NCBI GenBank assembly: GCA_000388065.2
Contig: KB932210.1
DNA: 64,000 bases
DNA from: Fonticula alba ATCC 38817
Lineage: Eukaryota; Protista; Nucleariida
Reading direction: 5' to 3' (one strand)
Below the pieces are notes generated by a model. The model was not told the origin of the DNA, ran no database searches, and was given only the letters and a program-made list of their open reading frames with translations. Position numbers and translations under genes: made by a program. Below, in pieces: positions 60,717 through 64,000 of the stretch (within the stretch, counting starts at the first letter, position 1; each line of letters opens with the position of its first letter).

Positions 60717-60895
60717 CCGGCGTGACAGGCAGCGAAGTGATCCCCCTGGCTGGGCTCGGGCAACGCATGAGTAAGCGGCAACGTGCGTATATATCCGCGG
60801 TACGAGGGAGAAAAGACAATAGGCAGCGAGGCCGGGCTACTCGCCCAAGCGTTGGCAATCGGTGAGTGATGCGCCGCGCCACGAGAAGGGCATTA
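60717..60895 (+). promoter_or_regulatory. Conserved upstream element, copy upstream of RK9 (hairpin segment deleted)
   Basis: TCGGGCAAC 60756, ACAATAGGCAGCGA 60816, CAAGCGTTGG 60846, CACGAGAAGGGCATT 60880; anchor spacing ~45 nt shorter than in the other two copies. Confidence 0.55.
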
Positions 60896-61913
60896 CACGG
60901 CGGCCGGGGATCACATGCACATCATTCCCCGGGCCGCGCGTGATGACACCGTAGGCTGCTCCCGGGGGAGGGCGCGCCCAGCGGGGCGCTCGTCCGGCGC
61001 CGCGGCGCGGCCTGCCGCCGTTCGCGCGTGCCACGGCCCCCACCAATGCGGATGCTTCGCAATTCATGCGGCTTTTCACGGGGTCACCCATTCAGGCCCC
61101 CCCCCCCCCCCCCCCCCCCCCCCCNNNNNNNNNNTCCCCGGCCCGGAGCGAGAGCGAGCTCGCGACAGGCAGAAAACCCGCCGCCCCCGATGATGCAAGT
61201 GCCGGCATCCGGTGCCCGGCCTCCCCCCCGTTTTGGCTGGCGGGGTCCCGAGCCAGTCGCCCTCCCCGCCGACGTCCTACCAGGGTTGCCGCCACGCGTC
61301 CGGCTGCGAGTGGCTTCCGTGTGCCGAGTCCTCCTCGCTGCCCCGTGGCCGCCTTCCGCGGTGGGCCCCCCGACGCCGGCTTGGCCATGTTCATCGACGC
61401 CGCCCGCGACCCGAGCCCCCCCCCCCCCCCCGCCCGCCGCTGGAGGCAGCGCGCCAAGCCCCAGGCCATCCGGCTCGCGAACAGGAGGCCCACAACCAGG
61501 CCAGGGGGGATAATGGCGGAAAGGGGCCCCGCGTCGGGCGCCGGGCTGCCGCCGGTTCGAGATCGCGGTCCAAAGAGGCGCCCCCGCATACGCATGAGGA
61601 CGGAAACGGCCGCGCCCCAGACAGGAGGTGTACGCGCGTCCGCCCGTTCGGACCAGGGGCCGGGGGCGATCTTTCGGCCGGCCTGCCAGCGGGAGCGCAC
61701 CCGGCCAGCCACGCAAGGACATAGCCCCTCCCCGCCCCTCCTCGCTCGCCTTTTCGCCGCCGGCATTTTCCCCCGTCGCGCCCTCCTCCCTCCGGATCAG
61801 CCACACACACACACGCACACGCACACACACACACACACACACGCGCACGCAATCTCCCCTCCCCTCGCCCTCCCTCTCGCTCTTTTTCCACGCCCCGCTC
61901 CCGGTCCGGTGCC

Positions 61914-64000
61914 ATGCGGTCGCTCGGCCGGCTGAGGCTGGTATGGGCTCTTCTCGGGGCGTGGCTGGCCGCCGGGCCGCTGGCTGGCCGGGCGGCCCCG
62001 CCACCGGGGGCACCCCTCCGGGCATGGGACCGTGAGACCCCCCTGCCGGAGGCGGCGCCCATCTACTTCCACCAAACGCTCCTGCCTCTGTCGCAGTGGG
62101 CCGACCAGCCGGGGCACATGTTCGGCAAGTTCTTCTCCACCGAGCTCCCCATGTCGGGGGTCTTCTCCAGCACCGCCCATGGCCGGCTGTATGCCATGCA
62201 GGATGTGGCAGCCAGCCCGAATGCCGACATGCGCATCGGCAGCCTCGTGTCGGCCGAGCCCCATAGCACCGTCGGCATGGCGAGCCTTGTCGCTGGGCCC
62301 GGCGCCGTGGCTCTTGTGGTCCCCACGCCGCAGGGGCCCGCCCTGGCCTCGTACGTCCCGGAAACCGGGGTCTTCAACTTCGCCACCGGCCCCACCAAGA
62401 TGGAGTTCGACTTCGGCGTCCCGATCCGGGTGCTGGCAGCCACGGCCCGAAGCCCGACGCTGCTCATGGTGCTCATGTACTTCCCCGACAGCCGGGAGGT
62501 GCTTCTCACCCGCTGGGAGCCGGCCGACATGGATTCACACACCCTGGTGGCCCTTGCTCCGGGGGATGCCGCCCCGGTCGGGGCCACCGCCGGCCCGGAT
62601 GGAAGCTTCCTCTTCTGGAGTCCCAACCACCTGGCCGGGGCCTTCCTCCAATGGGACCAGCCCCTGAGGGATGTAAGCATCCTCCAGCAAGGGCCGCTGG
62701 ACCGCATCCGCCATGTGGCCCTCCTGCACCTGACCGCGGCTGCCCCCTCGCTGGACATGGCCTTACTCTTTGAAAACGGCCGCCTGGACCTCTGCTATGA
62801 TGTCACCACCGGCATCTGCAGCCCCCACAGGTATGTTCTCCTCCCGGGCGGAGGTGTTTCCGCGGCGGCCACCATCCTCGGGCCGCCGGCCGGCCAGCTG
62901 CCCAGCAAGACTCCCCACCATTGGCTGGCCGTGCATGACCCCTCCCAGGAGGCTCTCTGGCGGCTGGACGTCCTGCCCTCCGGCCAGCCGGTGTCCTGGA
63001 AGCGCATGGTCCTCCCCGGGACGGTGGCCAGCCAAACCGGCCTCCTGCTGCGCGAGGTGAAACTCGGCTCGCATGGCCTCCAGTGGCTGGTGCTCGCCGG
63101 GGCCCATGGCTACATGCAGTCGCCGCACTTTGGCTGCGACTCCGATGTGACCGTCACCTGCAACAGCGGCCAGGGGCCGCCTGCGCCCGGTGATCGGGGA
63201 TTTGCCTGCGCCACCGGTCGGGCCCTTTCGCCCTTCATCGCCCCGGGGCTCCTGTGTGCCGGCTGCCAAAGTGGAAATGAGGCTCCCACCGGCTGGAGCT
63301 CCCCCGGTACGCATCTCCCGGTGGTACCGGGGCCCCTGCATGTGTGCCTCCCCCCCCCCTACACCCCAGGCCGGGGTCTTCCTTTCTTGCATGCTCCTCT
63401 CCTCCCCCCGACCCGCCGACTCGCAGCGTGCGCACCGGCCACTCGCCATGCTGCCTGGATTGGCCACTGACGCCGCGCATCGGGCTCGGCTCATCCTGTG
63501 CCGCGCCTCGCCCCTGCCCCCCCCCCCTCCCCCCTCCGGCGCAGCCATCTGCTCGGGCTGCCCGCCCGGCTGTGAGACCTGCCACGGCGGCCGGTGCCTG
63601 CTCTGCGTGGGCGACCGCCTTCTCCTGGAGGACAACTTCGAAAGCGACACGACGCAATGCCTGGACCAGTGTTCGCCCGGGTTCCAGGTCGCCGCCGGCA
63701 GCCGGCGCTGCGTCCCGCAACAGCCTGGCCACTTCCGGAATCTGCATCTCCAGCCGATGACCCTGCCCTTTGACACGGGCGCGGAGCTGCGGTTCCTGGC
63801 CCGGAGCTGGCTTCGCCTGGACCTGCTTACGGGCCACCTGCTGGTGCTTTCGCGCGACAGCAAGGTGATGGTGGAGGACAACCTCCTCGGCTTCCTGTCC
63901 ACCCGGTCGGCCGCCTGGCTGGCCGGGGACTATGTCCTGCAGCAGGGCGTCCATCCGATCGACGGGGCCCTCATGCCGGCGGACCTGTTCGGAGCCGAGC
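61914..64000 (+). CDS. RK9: receptor kinase paralog, runs off the right edge
   Basis: MRSLGRLRLVWALLGAWLAAG signal peptide; domain-A Cys motif (FGCDSDVTVTC...GFACATGRALSPFIAPGLLCAGC). Exon 1 61914-63306; intron 63307-63544 (GTACGC..CAG, phase 1); exon 2 from 63545 (AICSGCPPGCETC...) open to 64000. Confidence 0.85.

Overview
Eukaryotic, very GC-rich, intron-containing DNA in a gapped scaffold (10 N-gaps). Almost the whole window is a tandem array of paralogous, ~2,200-aa single-pass receptor kinases, labelled RK1-RK9 here. Shared architecture: signal peptide, a divergent ~400-aa domain A ending in a Cys motif, an invariant phase-1 intron, one furin-like (FU) Cys repeat, a ~400-aa domain B, about 17-19 FU/CxxC repeats, a GxxxG-containing TM helix and a TKL-type Ser/Thr kinase (VAIK, HRDLKPGN, DLG, APE). 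RK1, RK2 and a kinase-only 3' fragment are on the minus strand; the rest are on the plus strand. tRNA-Gly(GCC) and tRNA-Val(AAC) genes are interspersed. Main observations: (1) distal ectodomains are hypervariable while stalk, TM and kinase are patchwork-homogenised, consistent with gene conversion; (2) four intron positions vary between paralogs; (3) one paralog is non-RD (HCD); (4) one paralog has three frameshifts, all in homopolymer runs; (5) a ~200-bp structured non-coding element recurs upstream of at least three genes; (6) contigs in the left third are probably mis-ordered, so RK3+RK4 is likely one gene. From memory only and unverified, the style resembles the expanded 'TKL protein kinase' family of the aggregative amoeba Fonticula alba. 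All splice sites, alignments and counts were read by eye.
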